Counted from the first letter of the stretch, positions 28,376 to 39,271 are shown. The stretch is 64,000 nucleotides of DNA from Polyangiaceae bacterium (GCA_033763455.1 JANRKO010000060.1:32001-96000); one strand, 5' to 3'. The notes: a model not told the origin generated them from the sequence alone. Program-made: numbers and translations.

Positions 28376-29218
28376 GTGGGTCGTCCCAACCTTCGTCGAC
28401 GCCGCCCGCGGCGCCTAGATCTGCGGAAGACTCTGTTTGTCGTTCCGAACCTGCTCACATTGTGCAGCGTTTTCTGCGGCTTTAATGCCATTTTGACCGT
28501 GTCCCGTGATTCGACCACGGTGGACGATCTCTACCGCGCTGCGATTATCCTCATTTTTGCGATGTTTTTCGACCTCGTCGATGGTCGCGTGGCCCGCTTG
28601 ACCAAGACGCAGAGTTCCTTTGGTCTTCAACTAGACTCGCTGGCAGATGTGATTTCGTTTGGAGTCGCCCCCGCGTTGCTCGTCTATAAGTGGGTCTTAT
28701 TTCGCTATCCCAACCCTGGGATTTTTGTCGGATTTTTGTTCGTGGGCTGCGCGGCCGTACGGCTCGCGCGCTTCAATGTGCTCGCCTCGGACGTGAGTGG
28801 CGCGCCCGCCAAGCCCGGAAAGTACATCATTGGGCTCCCCACTCCGCCGGCTTCTGGGATCCTCATTTCGCTCTTGGTTGCCAATCACGCGATGGGCGGT
28901 GCGTTGGGCCACGAACGCTATACGTTGATCCTCTTTGGGGTCACCATTCTGCTCTCCTTGCTGATGGTGTCCAATGTTCGCTTCCGTTCGTTCAAAGATT
29001 TGCGCCTGAACGTTGGCACGGTATCGCTGTTGATCCTTGTGGTCGGCTCCAGCATCTTCATCTGGCAGCGCTACAATCCACAGTTTGTTTTGGTTTGGCT
29101 GTTGGGGGCCTACGTGGCCATTGGTTTGATCGAGACGGTTCGCAGCTTCTTTGTAAAGCTCAAGGGCACCGCATTGCCGCCATCGCGGGATTCCGTGCCA
29201 CCGCCCGTTGCGGGATAG
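28376..29218 (+). CDS. pssA: CDP-diacylglycerol--serine O-phosphatidyltransferase
   Basis: PNLLTL..GF; CDP-alcohol phosphotransferase motif DLVDGRVARLTKTQSSFGLQLDSLADVISFGVAP; RLARFN; GLPTP. Confidence 0.93.
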   Translation: MGRPNLRRRRPRRLDLRKTLFVVPNLLTLCSVFCGFNAILTVSRDSTTVDDLYRAAIILIFAMFFDLVDGRVARLTKTQSSFGLQLDSLADVISFGVAPALLVYKWVLFRYPNPGIFVGFLFVGCAAVRLARFNVLASDVSGAPAKPGKYIIGLPTPPASGILISLLVANHAMGGALGHERYTLILFGVTILLSLLMVSNVRFRSFKDLRLNVGTVSLLILVVGSSIFIWQRYNPQFVLVWLLGAYVAIGLIETVRSFFVKLKGTALPPSRDSVPPPVAG

Positions 29219-29238
29219 TGTTCCAGCCTTTGATTGCC

Positions 29239-29970
29239 ATGGTCACGACGTTTCGGCTCTTGGTGGTGTTTCTGGGTAGCCTGCTTTGCGCGGTCGCCCT
29301 CGGATGTTCCAAGAAGGTTGATTCAGCTAAGCCAGGCGAGGCCGAGGCGCCACATGCCGCTGCCAAAGGGTTGCCTCCGCTTGTGCTCGGCGATGACACC
29401 AAGCACTTGATGTTAACTTGGGTGGATGAGTCTGGGGATTTTAAGGTTGTCGAGAAGATTGCAGACGTTCCAGCGTCCCAGCGCACGCAGGTGCGGGTAG
29501 TGGTGGTGGGGCAAGATGCGGGGACGGGAGAAGCCGTTTACGTGGCAGATCTCACCCAGAAGGACGCGGCTGGGCACTATTCGGTAAAGAGCATGTCTCG
29601 AACCGACTGGGACGGGGTCGGCGCAGCGAAACGCAAAGCGCGCCTGGAGCAACTCGCTCCGGGATCTGAGAAGGCGGAGCAAGCCGCGGCGAACCTGGCC
29701 GATGGTCCGATCATTATTTACGGGGCTTCGTGGTGTAAGCCCTGCCACGACGCTGAGAACTACCTGCGTGGCAAAGGGCTCAAGGTGGTGAAAAAGGATA
29801 TCGAGGAAGATCCTCTGGCCAACCAAGAAATGCGCGAGAAGCTCCAGCGCTCGCACTTGCCCGGCGCCTCTATCCCGATCATCGATATCCGAGGCCGCTT
29901 GCTCGTTGGCTTCAGCGCCGGCGCCATCGATGAAGCCTTGCAGGCTACTGGGAAAACCAAGACGCTCTGA
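29239..29970 (+). CDS. Lipoprotein with a C-terminal glutaredoxin-like (CKPC) domain
   Basis: Lipobox ALGC after ATG 29239; IIIYGASWCKPCHDAENYL..KDIEED..SIPIIDIRGRLLVGFS. Confidence 0.85.
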   Translation: MVTTFRLLVVFLGSLLCAVALGCSKKVDSAKPGEAEAPHAAAKGLPPLVLGDDTKHLMLTWVDESGDFKVVEKIADVPASQRTQVRVVVVGQDAGTGEAVYVADLTQKDAAGHYSVKSMSRTDWDGVGAAKRKARLEQLAPGSEKAEQAAANLADGPIIIYGASWCKPCHDAENYLRGKGLKVVKKDIEEDPLANQEMREKLQRSHLPGASIPIIDIRGRLLVGFSAGAIDEALQATGKTKTL

Positions 29971-29977
29971 GGGGTTC

Positions 29978-31303
29978 GTGCGCGAATACAACTTTGACGG
30001 TCTCGTTGGCCCAACCCACCAATACGCCGGGTTGAGCCACGGCAATCTTGCGAGCACCAAACACCGTGGCACGCTCGGCAACCCGCGAGCGGCTGCACTT
30101 CAAGGCCTTGGCAAGATGCAAACCTTGGCTCGCTTGGGCGTGGGCCAGGCCGTCTTGCCACCCCAGCCGAGGCCTTTGGTCGGGGCGCTTCGCGCCTTGG
30201 GCTTCGCTGGAACGCACGCACAGGTTTTAGTCGCTGCCCATCAAGAAGCTCCGGAGCTCTTGCTGGCCTGTTCGAGCGCCTCTGCGATGTGGGCAGCCAA
30301 CGCAGCCACGGTGGCGCCCAGTACGGACACAGGCGATGGCCGCGTGCATTTTACCGTCGCCAACTTATCTTCGATGTTTCACCGCAGCTTGGAGGCACGC
30401 CAAACCGAGGCCACGTTATCCGCCATTTTTGCCGATGAATCGCGATTTGTGGTGCACCCGGCGTTACCTTCCGGCACACACTTTTCCGACGAAGGAGCGG
30501 CTAATCACACACGCTTGCTCGTGCCAGGGGTGAACGCCCTGCATCTGTTCGGCTGGGGCCGTAGGGGGTTTGGCAACCAAGCGAACTTGCCCTCGCGCTT
30601 TCCCGCCCGCCAAACCCTGGAAGCAAGCCAGGCTGTGGCCCGATTGCACCAGCTACCCCAAGAGTCCATCTTGTTTTGGCAGCAGGCGCCACAAGGTATC
30701 GACCAAGGAGCGTTTCACACGGATGTGCTGGCCGTAGGGCACAACCATTTCTTTCTGTTTCACGAGCAAGCGTTCTGCGAGCCGGAGAAGCTGGAAGCAG
30801 AATTGCAGCGCCGCCTTTCCGGGCAACTCGTGTTGCGGCGGGTGAGCGAAGCAGAGCTTGGCGTACCAGAGGCTGTACAATCCTACCTCTTCAACAGCCA
30901 ACTCGTGACGCTCCCCGCGGGTGGTATGGCGATTCTGGTGCCGGAGGAGGTGCGAGCCAATTCGCAGGCAGAAGCCTTGCTGCAGCAGCTCTTGGCGGAG
31001 CCGAACCCGCTTTGCTCCATCTTGGACGCTGATGTGAACGCGTCGATGAAAAATGGGGGAGGCCCTGCGTGTTTGCGGCTACGGGTGGTGCTTTCGGACC
31101 AAGAAGTCCAGAGTGTGCGCGGTCGCGTATTTCTCGACGAAGCGCTCGGGCTTGAGCTTACAACCTTTATTGGGCGCCGCTACCGCGACCAGCTGGCGCT
31201 AGAAGATCTTCGCGATCCGATGTTCTTACTCGAAGTGGAAACGCTGCTCGATGAGCTCACCCAGATCTTGCAGCTTGGGTCCATTTACCCATTTCAGCGC
31301 TGA
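29978..31303 (+). CDS. astB: N-succinylarginine dihydrolase
   Basis: EYNFDGLVGPTHQYAGLSHGNLAS; SSASAMWAANAATV; DEGAANHTRL; FPARQTLEAS; FHTDV; SYLFNSQL; SMKNGGGPACLRLRV; IYPFQR. GTG start at 29978. Confidence 0.95.
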   Translation: MREYNFDGLVGPTHQYAGLSHGNLASTKHRGTLGNPRAAALQGLGKMQTLARLGVGQAVLPPQPRPLVGALRALGFAGTHAQVLVAAHQEAPELLLACSSASAMWAANAATVAPSTDTGDGRVHFTVANLSSMFHRSLEARQTEATLSAIFADESRFVVHPALPSGTHFSDEGAANHTRLLVPGVNALHLFGWGRRGFGNQANLPSRFPARQTLEASQAVARLHQLPQESILFWQQAPQGIDQGAFHTDVLAVGHNHFFLFHEQAFCEPEKLEAELQRRLSGQLVLRRVSEAELGVPEAVQSYLFNSQLVTLPAGGMAILVPEEVRANSQAEALLQQLLAEPNPLCSILDADVNASMKNGGGPACLRLRVVLSDQEVQSVRGRVFLDEALGLELTTFIGRRYRDQLALEDLRDPMFLLEVETLLDELTQILQLGSIYPFQR

Positions 31304-31321
31304 TGGACGCGGTCGGCCATT

Positions 31322-32077
31322 TCAGCTAGGAGCGTGCGGAAAAAGCGCGGTTTGCCCGTCTTCGTGGATCTCCAGCACCCCGTCCACACCGGGCGCCTGA
31401 AAATCAGCCACGTTATTCAGGCGGGCGGCTACTTGTTGGTCGACCCAGCACAAAAGCTCTTCACCAGCGGGTGGCGTGTTGTTCACTTCGACGAGCAACG
31501 CCGAGGAGCGTACTTTGGGTCGCCGGTACAGTGCATGTTCGAGCAGGGCGTGCCCAAACAAAAAAATCTGCACGGGCGATTCTTGTCCATGTGAATGCAG
31601 CACGACGCTTCCCCCCTCATCGAACACCGTGAGCGCATCTTGTTCCCGTGTGCGGGCGCCAGGAAGGCGCGTGGCACCGTGCGGAACCCATTCAGAGAGT
31701 GCGCGAAACTGACGGGCGTGCAAGGCGCGTTTGGCTCGTGGAAAGGCTGACCAGATCAGCACATTAAAAAGATCGTGGTAGCTACTCGCAAAGCAAGGAA
31801 CCTGAGAACGGAGGTGAATGCTGCCGTCGTAAAGGGTCGAGAGCACTATAGGCTGGGTCTTTGGGGCACGGTGCCGCTTCGGGGTGGGCTCCACGAACGT
31901 AACGGGTTGGCACTCCGGGGCCCACTTGGCCCGCCGCTGCTCAACAAATTCTGTATACTCGATGAGCGTTGGCCAGCGCGAAAAGCCCGTGAAATAAGCC
32001 ACAGGTTCCGCAAGCCCGCTAAGCCACGGGCTCTCCTTCAAGAAGCTTGCGTCCCAGAGCTGGTTCGTTTGCGGCAT
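31322..32077 (-). CDS. DUF3025 domain protein
   Basis: WPTL; YDGSI..QVP..HDLFNVLIWSAFPRAKRALHARQ; REQDALTVFDEGG; FGHALLE. Confidence 0.8.
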   Translation of the reverse strand: MPQTNQLWDASFLKESPWLSGLAEPVAYFTGFSRWPTLIEYTEFVEQRRAKWAPECQPVTFVEPTPKRHRAPKTQPIVLSTLYDGSIHLRSQVPCFASSYHDLFNVLIWSAFPRAKRALHARQFRALSEWVPHGATRLPGARTREQDALTVFDEGGSVVLHSHGQESPVQIFLFGHALLEHALYRRPKVRSSALLVEVNNTPPAGEELLCWVDQQVAARLNNVADFQAPGVDGVLEIHEDGQTALFPHAPS

Positions 32078-32109
32078 CTTTCGGGTGGAGCCTTGGATGC
32101 CTGCTTGCC

Positions 32110-33396
32110 TTAAGCTGGAATGCCTGGGGGCGGGAAGGACTTGCAGAGTTCTCGAATTTCGCCAGCCGTGCGAGCGATCAACGCTTCGTCCGTGGGGGCG
32201 GTGACCACGCGATCCATCCAGGCAGCCAGCTTCTTCATTTCGTCGGGACCCATGCCTCGTGAGGTGAGGCTCGGGGTGCCAATACGGAGGCCCGATGGAT
32301 CGAAGGGCTTGCGCGGATCAAACGGCACGGAGTTGTAGTTGCCAACGATGCCAGCGCGATCCAGAGCTTGCGCCGCCACTTTGCCTGTCACGTTTTTGCG
32401 CGTGAGATCGATGAGGATCAAATGATTGTCTGTACCGCCCGTTACCAGATCGAAGCCATGAGAGAGCAAGGCTTCGGCTAATACTTTGGCGTTGCTCACC
32501 ACAGCGTTTGCGTACTGTTTGAACTCAGGTGTTGAAGCTTCCTTGGCAGCGACGGCAATACCTGCCGTGGTGTGGTTGTGTGGGCCACCCTGGAGGCCTG
32601 GGAACACGGCGCGGTCGATGGCTTTGGCGTGTTCGGCCTTGCACATCACGATTCCGCCACGCGGGCCGCGGAGCGTCTTGTGCGTGGTGCTGGTAACAAT
32701 ATCCGCAATGCCAATCGGGGAGGGGTGCGCGCCGCCTGCTACGAGGCCTGCGATGTGCGCGATATCCGCGCACAAGATGGCGCCCACTTCATCGGCAATT
32801 TCACGAAATTCGGCGAAGTTGAGTTGGCGGGGGTAAGCCGTGGTGCCACACCAGAGAAGCTTCGGCTTGTGCTCTTTCGCCAGGCGCCGCACCTCAGCCA
32901 TATCGATGCGGTGATCATCTTTTCGTACTCCGTAGCCGACACTGTTGAAGTACTTCCCTGTGATGGAAACGTTCCATCCGTGTGTGAGGTGTCCGCCGGC
33001 CGGTAAGGCGAGGCCCATCACCGGATCATGGGGTTGGCAAAACGCGAGGTACACAGCGAGGTTGGCCGGGCTTCCGCTGTACGGCTGCACGTTTACGTGC
33101 TCGGCGCCGAACAATGCCTTGAGCCGATTCACCGCAAGATCTTCAACCTGATCAATGATCTGCTGGCCTTCGTAGTAGCGCTTGCCGGAGTAACCTTCAG
33201 AATACTTATTCGTGAGGATAGAGCCCGTAGCCTCCAAGACCGCCCGCGAAGCGTAGTTCTCGCTCGGGATCAGACGCAGCTTGTCGGTTTCCCGACGCTC
33301 CTCGTCACGAATCAATTGGGCGAGTTCTGGGTCTTTTTCGCTCAGGGAAGCTTCACGGGTCGCGGGTTCGGAGGCGGAGGACGAACGGAGAGACAT
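32110..33396 (-). CDS. glyA: Serine hydroxymethyltransferase
   Basis: [44 protein letters not shown]-Lys motif [34 protein letters not shown]. Start at ATG 33396. Confidence 0.98.
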   Translation of the reverse strand: MSLRSSSASEPATREASLSEKDPELAQLIRDEERRETDKLRLIPSENYASRAVLEATGSILTNKYSEGYSGKRYYEGQQIIDQVEDLAVNRLKALFGAEHVNVQPYSGSPANLAVYLAFCQPHDPVMGLALPAGGHLTHGWNVSITGKYFNSVGYGVRKDDHRIDMAEVRRLAKEHKPKLLWCGTTAYPRQLNFAEFREIADEVGAILCADIAHIAGLVAGGAHPSPIGIADIVTSTTHKTLRGPRGGIVMCKAEHAKAIDRAVFPGLQGGPHNHTTAGIAVAAKEASTPEFKQYANAVVSNAKVLAEALLSHGFDLVTGGTDNHLILIDLTRKNVTGKVAAQALDRAGIVGNYNSVPFDPRKPFDPSGLRIGTPSLTSRGMGPDEMKKLAAWMDRVVTAPTDEALIARTAGEIRELCKSFPPPGIPA

Positions 33397-33479
33397 GGGG
33401 CCGAAGCCTAATCGTGCACGGGGGCTCAAGCTAGCCCCAGAAATCGTGATACGCTCCGCCGGATCCAAGGAGCAGCCAA

Positions 33480-36400
33480 TTGGCTCAGGTGAAGTCGCGC
33501 AACGAGGTTCAAGAGAGTTCGTCCGGCGTGCCGGCGCGAGAGGCGCAGGCTTCGGGTGATGTGGCCGTTCGCGGGCCTACGCCCGAGAAAACGGCGCGAA
33601 CGGCTTCGCCCGACCTGGATTCAGCACCTCCGAGCATTCCGTCTGCGGCGCTATCGCACCAGGATGTGGAGTCTCTTTCAAGCCTGGCTGAAGCGAGTGG
33701 CACCGCGCATGTGGCTCCCGCGGCGCGCATTGGGGAGCTAATTGCCAATCGCTATCAAGTGGTTGGCATCTTGGGCGAGGGCGGGATGGGCATTGTCTAC
33801 CGTTGCCGCGACCTTGGCAGTCCCGAGCGCCAGGAAATGGCCGTTAAGCGGGTGATGATTCCGCCAGGTGGGCTCGCAGCTGAATACTTGATTTGGTTTT
33901 ACAAGGAGGCTCGTGCTTTAGCTGCGCTCGACCATCCGAGTATCGTTCACGCGCACGATTATGGTCAGCTAGCGGATGGTTCTCCGTTTCTCGCGATGGA
34001 ATTGGTACGCGGCGCATCTGTGCATGATCTATCGGTCATGAAGTTGGATTTTGGGCTCATCTGGTCCATCACCGATCAGATCTTGTCGGCGCTCGGTCAT
34101 GCGCATGCGCGTGGCATTGTGCATGGTGATTTGAAGCCCTCAAACATCCTAGTTGAGCCGTTGGATTCAGATGTCCCTCGCGTTCGGATCCTAGATTTTG
34201 GCTTGGCGTGGCTTAAGGAAGATCACCACGATGAGCGTTTGGATGGTCAAAAAGCCGTAGAGTTCAAGCCACATGCAGGGGCTGGCACGCCTGGCTACAT
34301 GGCGCCGGAGCAGATCCAGCACGAAAAACACAACGTGTGCGGTGCCACAGATCTCTATTCGCTTGGCTGCATTCTATACCGGCAGCTAAGCGGTAGGCCG
34401 CCATTTGCTGGCGGCTCGCGCGAGCTTTTGCGCGTGCACGCGTTCGAGCAACCCGAGCCACCGGTGCTCCAGGTGGATGCGCCGCCGGACGTGATCGACT
34501 TCGTGATGCGGTTGCTCCAGAAGCGCCCGTGGGATCGTTTCGAATTTGCGGCCGAAGCGCGCGCCGAATGGGCCAAATGGCGCCCTGATCCCGCCCAGGA
34601 AGATCACGGGCATTGGCGGCGTTTGCTCACTGCTCGTTTGGCTGAGGAATCGCCCTTGCAGGCAGCAGCCTCGTTGGGCGCGCCCGTTGAAAATCCAACT
34701 CTTGCGCCGGTTCCAGAGCGAGCCCCGGGGTTGCTCAGTTTGCGTCCGAGCCCCCTGGTAGGCAGAAACGAAATCCGCCAAGTATTGCGCGACATCTGCG
34801 ATGAAGTGATCGACGGCGAAGGCACCAAGCATCGCTTGATTTTGCTTGTGGGCCCTTCGGGTGTCGGTAAAAGCCGCATCGCTGAATGGTTGTGCGAAGT
34901 TGTCCACGAAGAAGGTTCGATGTTGCCACTGCGCGCTCGTTATCGGCCGATGCGCGGCCCGCTAGACGGTATGGCGGGGGCAGTTTTGCAGTATTTGAAT
35001 TTTGAGCGAGTGGATCGCGATGTGATGGAAGCCACGCTGCTCGATCGTTGGAAGGTGGTTTCAAACGACAAGAATGGCCGGGCATGGGTGGCGGGTGCTG
35101 TGGAGTGGCTGCGTCCGAGTTCCGGCGGGCATCGTCCCGTCGGCCCCACGGGTATTCGCTTCACTTTGGACACTATTGAAACGCGCCGTATGGTGTCGCG
35201 CTACACGCTGGAACGGCTTGCCGGTGGGAGGCCCCTGCTTTTCTGGTTGGATGATCTGCACCACGCAGGAGAGCTAACCTTTGAAGGTCTAGCCCGTATC
35301 CCCAAGGACTCTCCGAATCAGCCCACGGTGATGGTGGCCACCGTCCGTTCGGAAGATGTGCACAAAGGCACTCCTGTGGCCGATCGCCTGATCCGGCTGA
35401 AAGACGCTTTCAACGCAACCGTGATTGAAGTTCCTCCGCTCGACGCCCAAACCACGTGTGATCTGTTGCGGAGCTCGCTCCCTCTGGAAGACGACGTTGT
35501 CCTGGAAGCTGCACGGCGGAGCCGCGGTAATCCGCTCTTTGCATTGCAACAGGTTCACGCTTGGGCGCTCGACGGCAAGATGGAGCTCTCGGGCGGAACG
35601 TATCGCGTCTCCCCGGAAGTGCTGGCACTCCGCCCCAAGACAACCGCCGAGCTGTGGGACAGCCGAGTGGCAGCCATGCCCGAAGAACACCGTATGTCAG
35701 CCACAGCCGTCGCTGCGCTGGGCACCGACATTCGCCGCGAGGTTTTGGACGAGCTTTTGACTTCCTTGGGGATTGAGCCCGCCGCCGCCATCATTAGCCT
35801 GCAAAATGCCGAGGTGATCTTGCCGCGTGGTGCCGGGCGTTTTGCTTGGCCTCATGCGCTTTTGGCTGAACACTTGCTCGCGCGCCTTCGAGAACGCACT
35901 GATCGTCGACTCATTTTACGTGCTGCGGCATCGGCACTCGGGCAACATCCGCTGTCCGGTACGCGTCGCATTGTGCGGTTACGGGTTGCGAACTTGATGC
36001 AGGCGGGAGAGCCGAACGCGGCGGCGCACCTCTTGTTCGGCTTTATCCATGAAAGCTGGTCGCGTGCTCGCGAGCCGCTGGCTACCCTTGCGGATCTTGA
36101 GCTTTTGGAGTCCGTGCAAGGTCAGTGGCAGGCGCTGTGTAGTCGCTGGACGGCGGAAGCGCTGCGCCTTGTGGGGAAAAATACGGAAGCTACGGCGGCC
36201 GGCAAGCAAGCCTTGGAACACTTCGAAAAGCTTGGGGATGAAGAGAGCCGCGCCCACTGCTTGCGCCTCTTGGGGCACCTGGCCATCGAGCGTGGCGATG
36301 CTGTGGGCGGCAGTGCGTTGGTGCGCCAGGGTTACGCCATCTTTCAGAAGAATGGCAACCTCGAGGGGCTTGCCCAGTGCGAGGCCGTTGTCGGCGAAAT

Positions 36401-37199
36401 TGAGTATTTTCTCGGCAATTATCCCAGCGCCCGCATGTTCATCCAGAGCGGGGAAACGCACTTTGCCGAGCTTAGCCAACCGCTCGGCCGCGGGCAGTGC
36501 TTGTTGCTCCTGAGCTGGATTGAGCTTTCAGAAGGTCTCATCAAACGCTCACGGCGTCACGCTTTGCGCGCGCGTGCGGAGTTCGAGCGCGCCGGGTTTC
36601 GTTTGGGTTTGCTCCAGGCTGATCTTAGCTTGGCCCGCCTGCATCATCGCTTACAGAATTTTGAGGCGGCGTTCGAAGGGGGCAGCGAAGCTTGCACCGG
36701 GTTTGAAGCTCTGCGTACTCCTCGGGATCAAGCTGCCGCACATCGCTTGCTCGGCATGGTGGCGATCGACACCGACGATTTCGACCGGGCTCAGGGTCAC
36801 ATCGAGAAGGCACAAGCGCTTTATGAAAGCGTGGGCACCCCCTGGGGCCTGCTTGAAACGCAGCTTTTGCGCAGCCAGGTGGCACTAGCCAGCGGGGATC
36901 TGGAATCTGCCGCTGAGCTCCTGAATGCCAGCGCGAAGCTTGTCGGTCAGGAAGCGGAGCCTCGCCAGCACTATTGGTTGACCAAAGCTTGGGTGGATGC
37001 CCAACGCGGCGAAATCGAAAGTGCAGCGTATTCGCTGGAAGCAGCCTCTGCCGTTTACGGCGAACGCTCGCGTTCAGGGGACCACACTCCGCATCTTCTT
37101 AATCGCCTGTCACGCTACGTTTGGCCCGAACCCGCGCGAACCAAGCTCGCCGCCTGGCGCCGGCTCATTCACGATCCTGCACGGCGGCAGCAGGATTAG
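33480..37199 (+). CDS. Hanks-type Ser/Thr kinase - STAND-like AAA ATPase - TPR multidomain protein
   Basis: Kinase [36 protein letters not shown]; Walker A GPSGVGKS, Walker [18 protein letters not shown]; helical TPR-like C-terminus; AAGGAG SD before the TTG start. Confidence 0.92.
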   Translation: MAQVKSRNEVQESSSGVPAREAQASGDVAVRGPTPEKTARTASPDLDSAPPSIPSAALSHQDVESLSSLAEASGTAHVAPAARIGELIANRYQVVGILGEGGMGIVYRCRDLGSPERQEMAVKRVMIPPGGLAAEYLIWFYKEARALAALDHPSIVHAHDYGQLADGSPFLAMELVRGASVHDLSVMKLDFGLIWSITDQILSALGHAHARGIVHGDLKPSNILVEPLDSDVPRVRILDFGLAWLKEDHHDERLDGQKAVEFKPHAGAGTPGYMAPEQIQHEKHNVCGATDLYSLGCILYRQLSGRPPFAGGSRELLRVHAFEQPEPPVLQVDAPPDVIDFVMRLLQKRPWDRFEFAAEARAEWAKWRPDPAQEDHGHWRRLLTARLAEESPLQAAASLGAPVENPTLAPVPERAPGLLSLRPSPLVGRNEIRQVLRDICDEVIDGEGTKHRLILLVGPSGVGKSRIAEWLCEVVHEEGSMLPLRARYRPMRGPLDGMAGAVLQYLNFERVDRDVMEATLLDRWKVVSNDKNGRAWVAGAVEWLRPSSGGHRPVGPTGIRFTLDTIETRRMVSRYTLERLAGGRPLLFWLDDLHHAGELTFEGLARIPKDSPNQPTVMVATVRSEDVHKGTPVADRLIRLKDAFNATVIEVPPLDAQTTCDLLRSSLPLEDDVVLEAARRSRGNPLFALQQVHAWALDGKMELSGGTYRVSPEVLALRPKTTAELWDSRVAAMPEEHRMSATAVAALGTDIRREVLDELLTSLGIEPAAAIISLQNAEVILPRGAGRFAWPHALLAEHLLARLRERTDRRLILRAAASALGQHPLSGTRRIVRLRVANLMQAGEPNAAAHLLFGFIHESWSRAREPLATLADLELLESVQGQWQALCSRWTAEALRLVGKNTEATAAGKQALEHFEKLGDEESRAHCLRLLGHLAIERGDAVGGSALVRQGYAIFQKNGNLEGLAQCEAVVGEIEYFLGNYPSARMFIQSGETHFAELSQPLGRGQCLLLLSWIELSEGLIKRSRRHALRARAEFERAGFRLGLLQADLSLARLHHRLQNFEAAFEGGSEACTGFEALRTPRDQAAAHRLLGMVAIDTDDFDRAQGHIEKAQALYESVGTPWGLLETQLLRSQVALASGDLESAAELLNASAKLVGQEAEPRQHYWLTKAWVDAQRGEIESAAYSLEAASAVYGERSRSGDHTPHLLNRLSRYVWPEPARTKLAAWRRLIHDPARRQQD

Positions 37200-37280
37200 G
37201 GCTTGTGGAGGGCTGGCCTTTGAAGGTTGGCGCAGGCTCGGCTCTGAAGGCTCGGCGCGGGCCTATTCACGGCGCGCGAC

Positions 37281-37334
37281 GGCTACTTTGCATGACAAGT
37301 ACTTTGTGATCGGTCAGTAGGCTACTTCGCATGA
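37281..37334. repeat. 15-bp imperfect direct repeat in an intergenic region
   Basis: ggctactttgcatga (37281-37295) and ggctacttcgcatga (37320-37334). Confidence 0.6.
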
Positions 37335-37584
37335 TGGCTCGGCTGGAGACGAATCGCTAAGGCCACGCGAACAAGGTTGCGTGTTTCGCTCGAACCCGCA
37401 GCGGATGCAGAGGCTGCTCGGAAGCTGCAGGGAAACGGAAGTCGAACAGAGCGGCGTACGCACTTCGGGTGCCAAGGCTCAGCGCTCGCCTGAGTGCTCT
37501 TCTCGATCCAAGCAAATTCGGGGCCCTTACGCCAAGCGGATCCTCGCGATTCGCCGCACGGGAGGCTCATGCTACGCTCGGTAA

Positions 37585-37856
37585 ACGGTTGCTGCAGTCC
37601 CGTCGCTCCACTACTCGTACCGGGAGTACACGGAGTTTGAGGACGCCGCGCGGGAGAAGCACGAATACGTTGCTGGGCTCAGCTTGGCCATGGCGGGGGG
37701 CACGCTGAGCATAGCGCCATCTGCTCCGCGGTGATTGCTTCCCTGGTAGCTCAGCTCAAAGGGCGAACGTTCACAGATGGCGAGCAGGGCCCCCTCACGG
37801 CAATAGGCTGCACGCTTGACGTTGCTGAGCTGTGTAGCGATCCGCTCGAACGATAA
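37585..37856 (+). pseudogene. Uma2 (DUF820, PD-(D/E)XK) family endonuclease remnant
   Basis: Not in the ORF track. Reads (ACG)VAAVPSLHYSYREYTEFEDAAREKHEYVAGLSLAMAGGTL, shifts frame at ~37707 into EHSAICSAVIASLVAQLKGR, then jumps to the C-terminal LTAIGCTLDVAELCSDPLER* with the catalytic core missing. Extended -10 TGCTACGCT lies 6 nt before the ACG. Confidence 0.8.
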
Positions 37857-37887
37857 GCCGTAAGAACACGCTCGAACGCGTCGAGCC

Positions 37888-37917
37888 TCGACCCCCCGCT
37901 CATTCGTAGTCCATAAT
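37888..37917 (+). promoter_or_regulatory. Candidate sigma-70-type promoter giving a (near-)leaderless hemL mRNA
   Basis: TCGACC, 18 nt, CATAAT, then 8 nt to ATG 37926; no SD. Confidence 0.5.
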
Positions 37918-37925
37918 CCGCGCCC

Positions 37926-39206
37926 ATGGCCGACAACCTTTCCGCAAACCTCCTCGCCCGCGCCGAAAACCTGATGCCAGGCGGCGTTAACTCCCCGGTG
38001 CGCGCCTTCCGCGCCGTGGGTGGGTGCCCCGTCTTCATTAGCAAGGCCCTTGGCTCGAAGATCTACGGGGCTGATGGGCGCGAATACATCGACTACGTAG
38101 GAAGCTGGGGGCCGGCGTTGCTCGGCCATGCGCACCCGGCGGTGGTGTCCGCTGTGCAGGCGGCAGCGGCGCGTGGGCTTTCTTTTGGGGCACCTACCGA
38201 GCTGGAAGTCGAATTTGCTGAGGCCATTGTAGCCCGCTACCCGAGCATCGAAATGTTGCGGTGTGTTTCGAGTGGCACAGAAGCCACGATGAGTGCCTTG
38301 CGTGTTGCTCGCGGGTTCACCGGGCGCGATGTGATCATCAAGTTTGACGGCGCGTATCACGGCCACGCAGATTCACTTTTGGTAAAAGCTGGCAGCGGCG
38401 CCGCTACCTTCGGATTTCCAGATTCGGCGGGCGTTCCGAGCGCGATTGCCGCCTCAACCATGGTATTGCCCTACAACGATAGCGAGCAGTTGCGCGCGGC
38501 GTTTGCGGCGCATCCGGACAAGATTGCGTGCGTGATTGTCGAGCCAGTGGCTGGCAATATGGGCTGCGTACCGCCAGAGCCTGGATTTTTGAGCACTATC
38601 TTGGAGCTCTGCAAGAAGTACGGTGCCGTTTCGATTTTCGATGAGGTGATGACCGGGTGCCGTGTGGCGCGCGGGGGCGCTCAGGAGCTGTATGGCCTCA
38701 CGCCGGATCTTACCTGCCTTGGCAAAGTTGTCGGTGGCGGTATGCCGCTTGCCGTGTACGGTGGCCGAGCGGACATTATGCGCAAAATTGCCCCACTTGG
38801 GCCTGTTTATCAGGCGGGAACGCTCAGCGGAAATCCGCTTGCGGTGAGCGCTGGGCTCGCGAATTTGAGTGAGCTTGTTCCAAGCTCGTACGCGAAGCTC
38901 GAAGCGTCCGGTGCACGCCTGCAAAAGGGGCTTGAGTCAGCCATTGTCGAGGCTGGCGGTGGAGCGGTGGTGCAGCGTGTTGGGTCTATGCTCACGCTCT
39001 TCTTTAGCGACAAGAAAGTGCGTTCCTGGGAAGATGCAGCTACCTGCAACAAGGAGCGCTTCAAGAATTTTCACGCTGGGCTGCTCACGCGGGGGATTTA
39101 TTGGCCCCCTTCGCAGTTCGAGGCGGCTTTCATTTCATTAGCCCACAGCGAGGCAGATCTTGAGCTCACCGTCCAGGCTGCTAAGGAGGCGTTGGCAGAG
39201 GCGTGA
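37926..39206 (+). CDS. hemL: Glutamate-1-semialdehyde 2,1-aminomutase
   Basis: MPGGVNSPVRAF, IDYVGSWGP, SFGAPT, SSGTEATMSALR, YHGHADSLL, FDEVMTG, LGKVVGGGMP, YQAGTLSGNP, PPSQFEA. Confidence 0.98.
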   Translation: MADNLSANLLARAENLMPGGVNSPVRAFRAVGGCPVFISKALGSKIYGADGREYIDYVGSWGPALLGHAHPAVVSAVQAAAARGLSFGAPTELEVEFAEAIVARYPSIEMLRCVSSGTEATMSALRVARGFTGRDVIIKFDGAYHGHADSLLVKAGSGAATFGFPDSAGVPSAIAASTMVLPYNDSEQLRAAFAAHPDKIACVIVEPVAGNMGCVPPEPGFLSTILELCKKYGAVSIFDEVMTGCRVARGGAQELYGLTPDLTCLGKVVGGGMPLAVYGGRADIMRKIAPLGPVYQAGTLSGNPLAVSAGLANLSELVPSSYAKLEASGARLQKGLESAIVEAGGGAVVQRVGSMLTLFFSDKKVRSWEDAATCNKERFKNFHAGLLTRGIYWPPSQFEAAFISLAHSEADLELTVQAAKEALAEA

Positions 39207-39271
39207 TTCGCATCGTAAATCCTGAGTAGCCACCTCATTCGAGATCGCCAAGAACCGCGCGAGCCCAAAAC

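Noticed and set aside
28690..29238. Long N-terminal extension of the glutaredoxin-like ORF
   Set aside because: It overlaps pssA out of frame; the lipoprotein signal begins at ATG 29239.
37744..37800. tRNA-like GGTAGCTCAGCT
   Set aside because: No T-loop GTTCRA and no cloverleaf; the bases encode LVAQLK of the Uma2 remnant.
37611..38366. 251-aa minus-strand ORF
   Set aside because: Antisense to hemL and the Uma2 remnant; typical high-GC shadow ORF.
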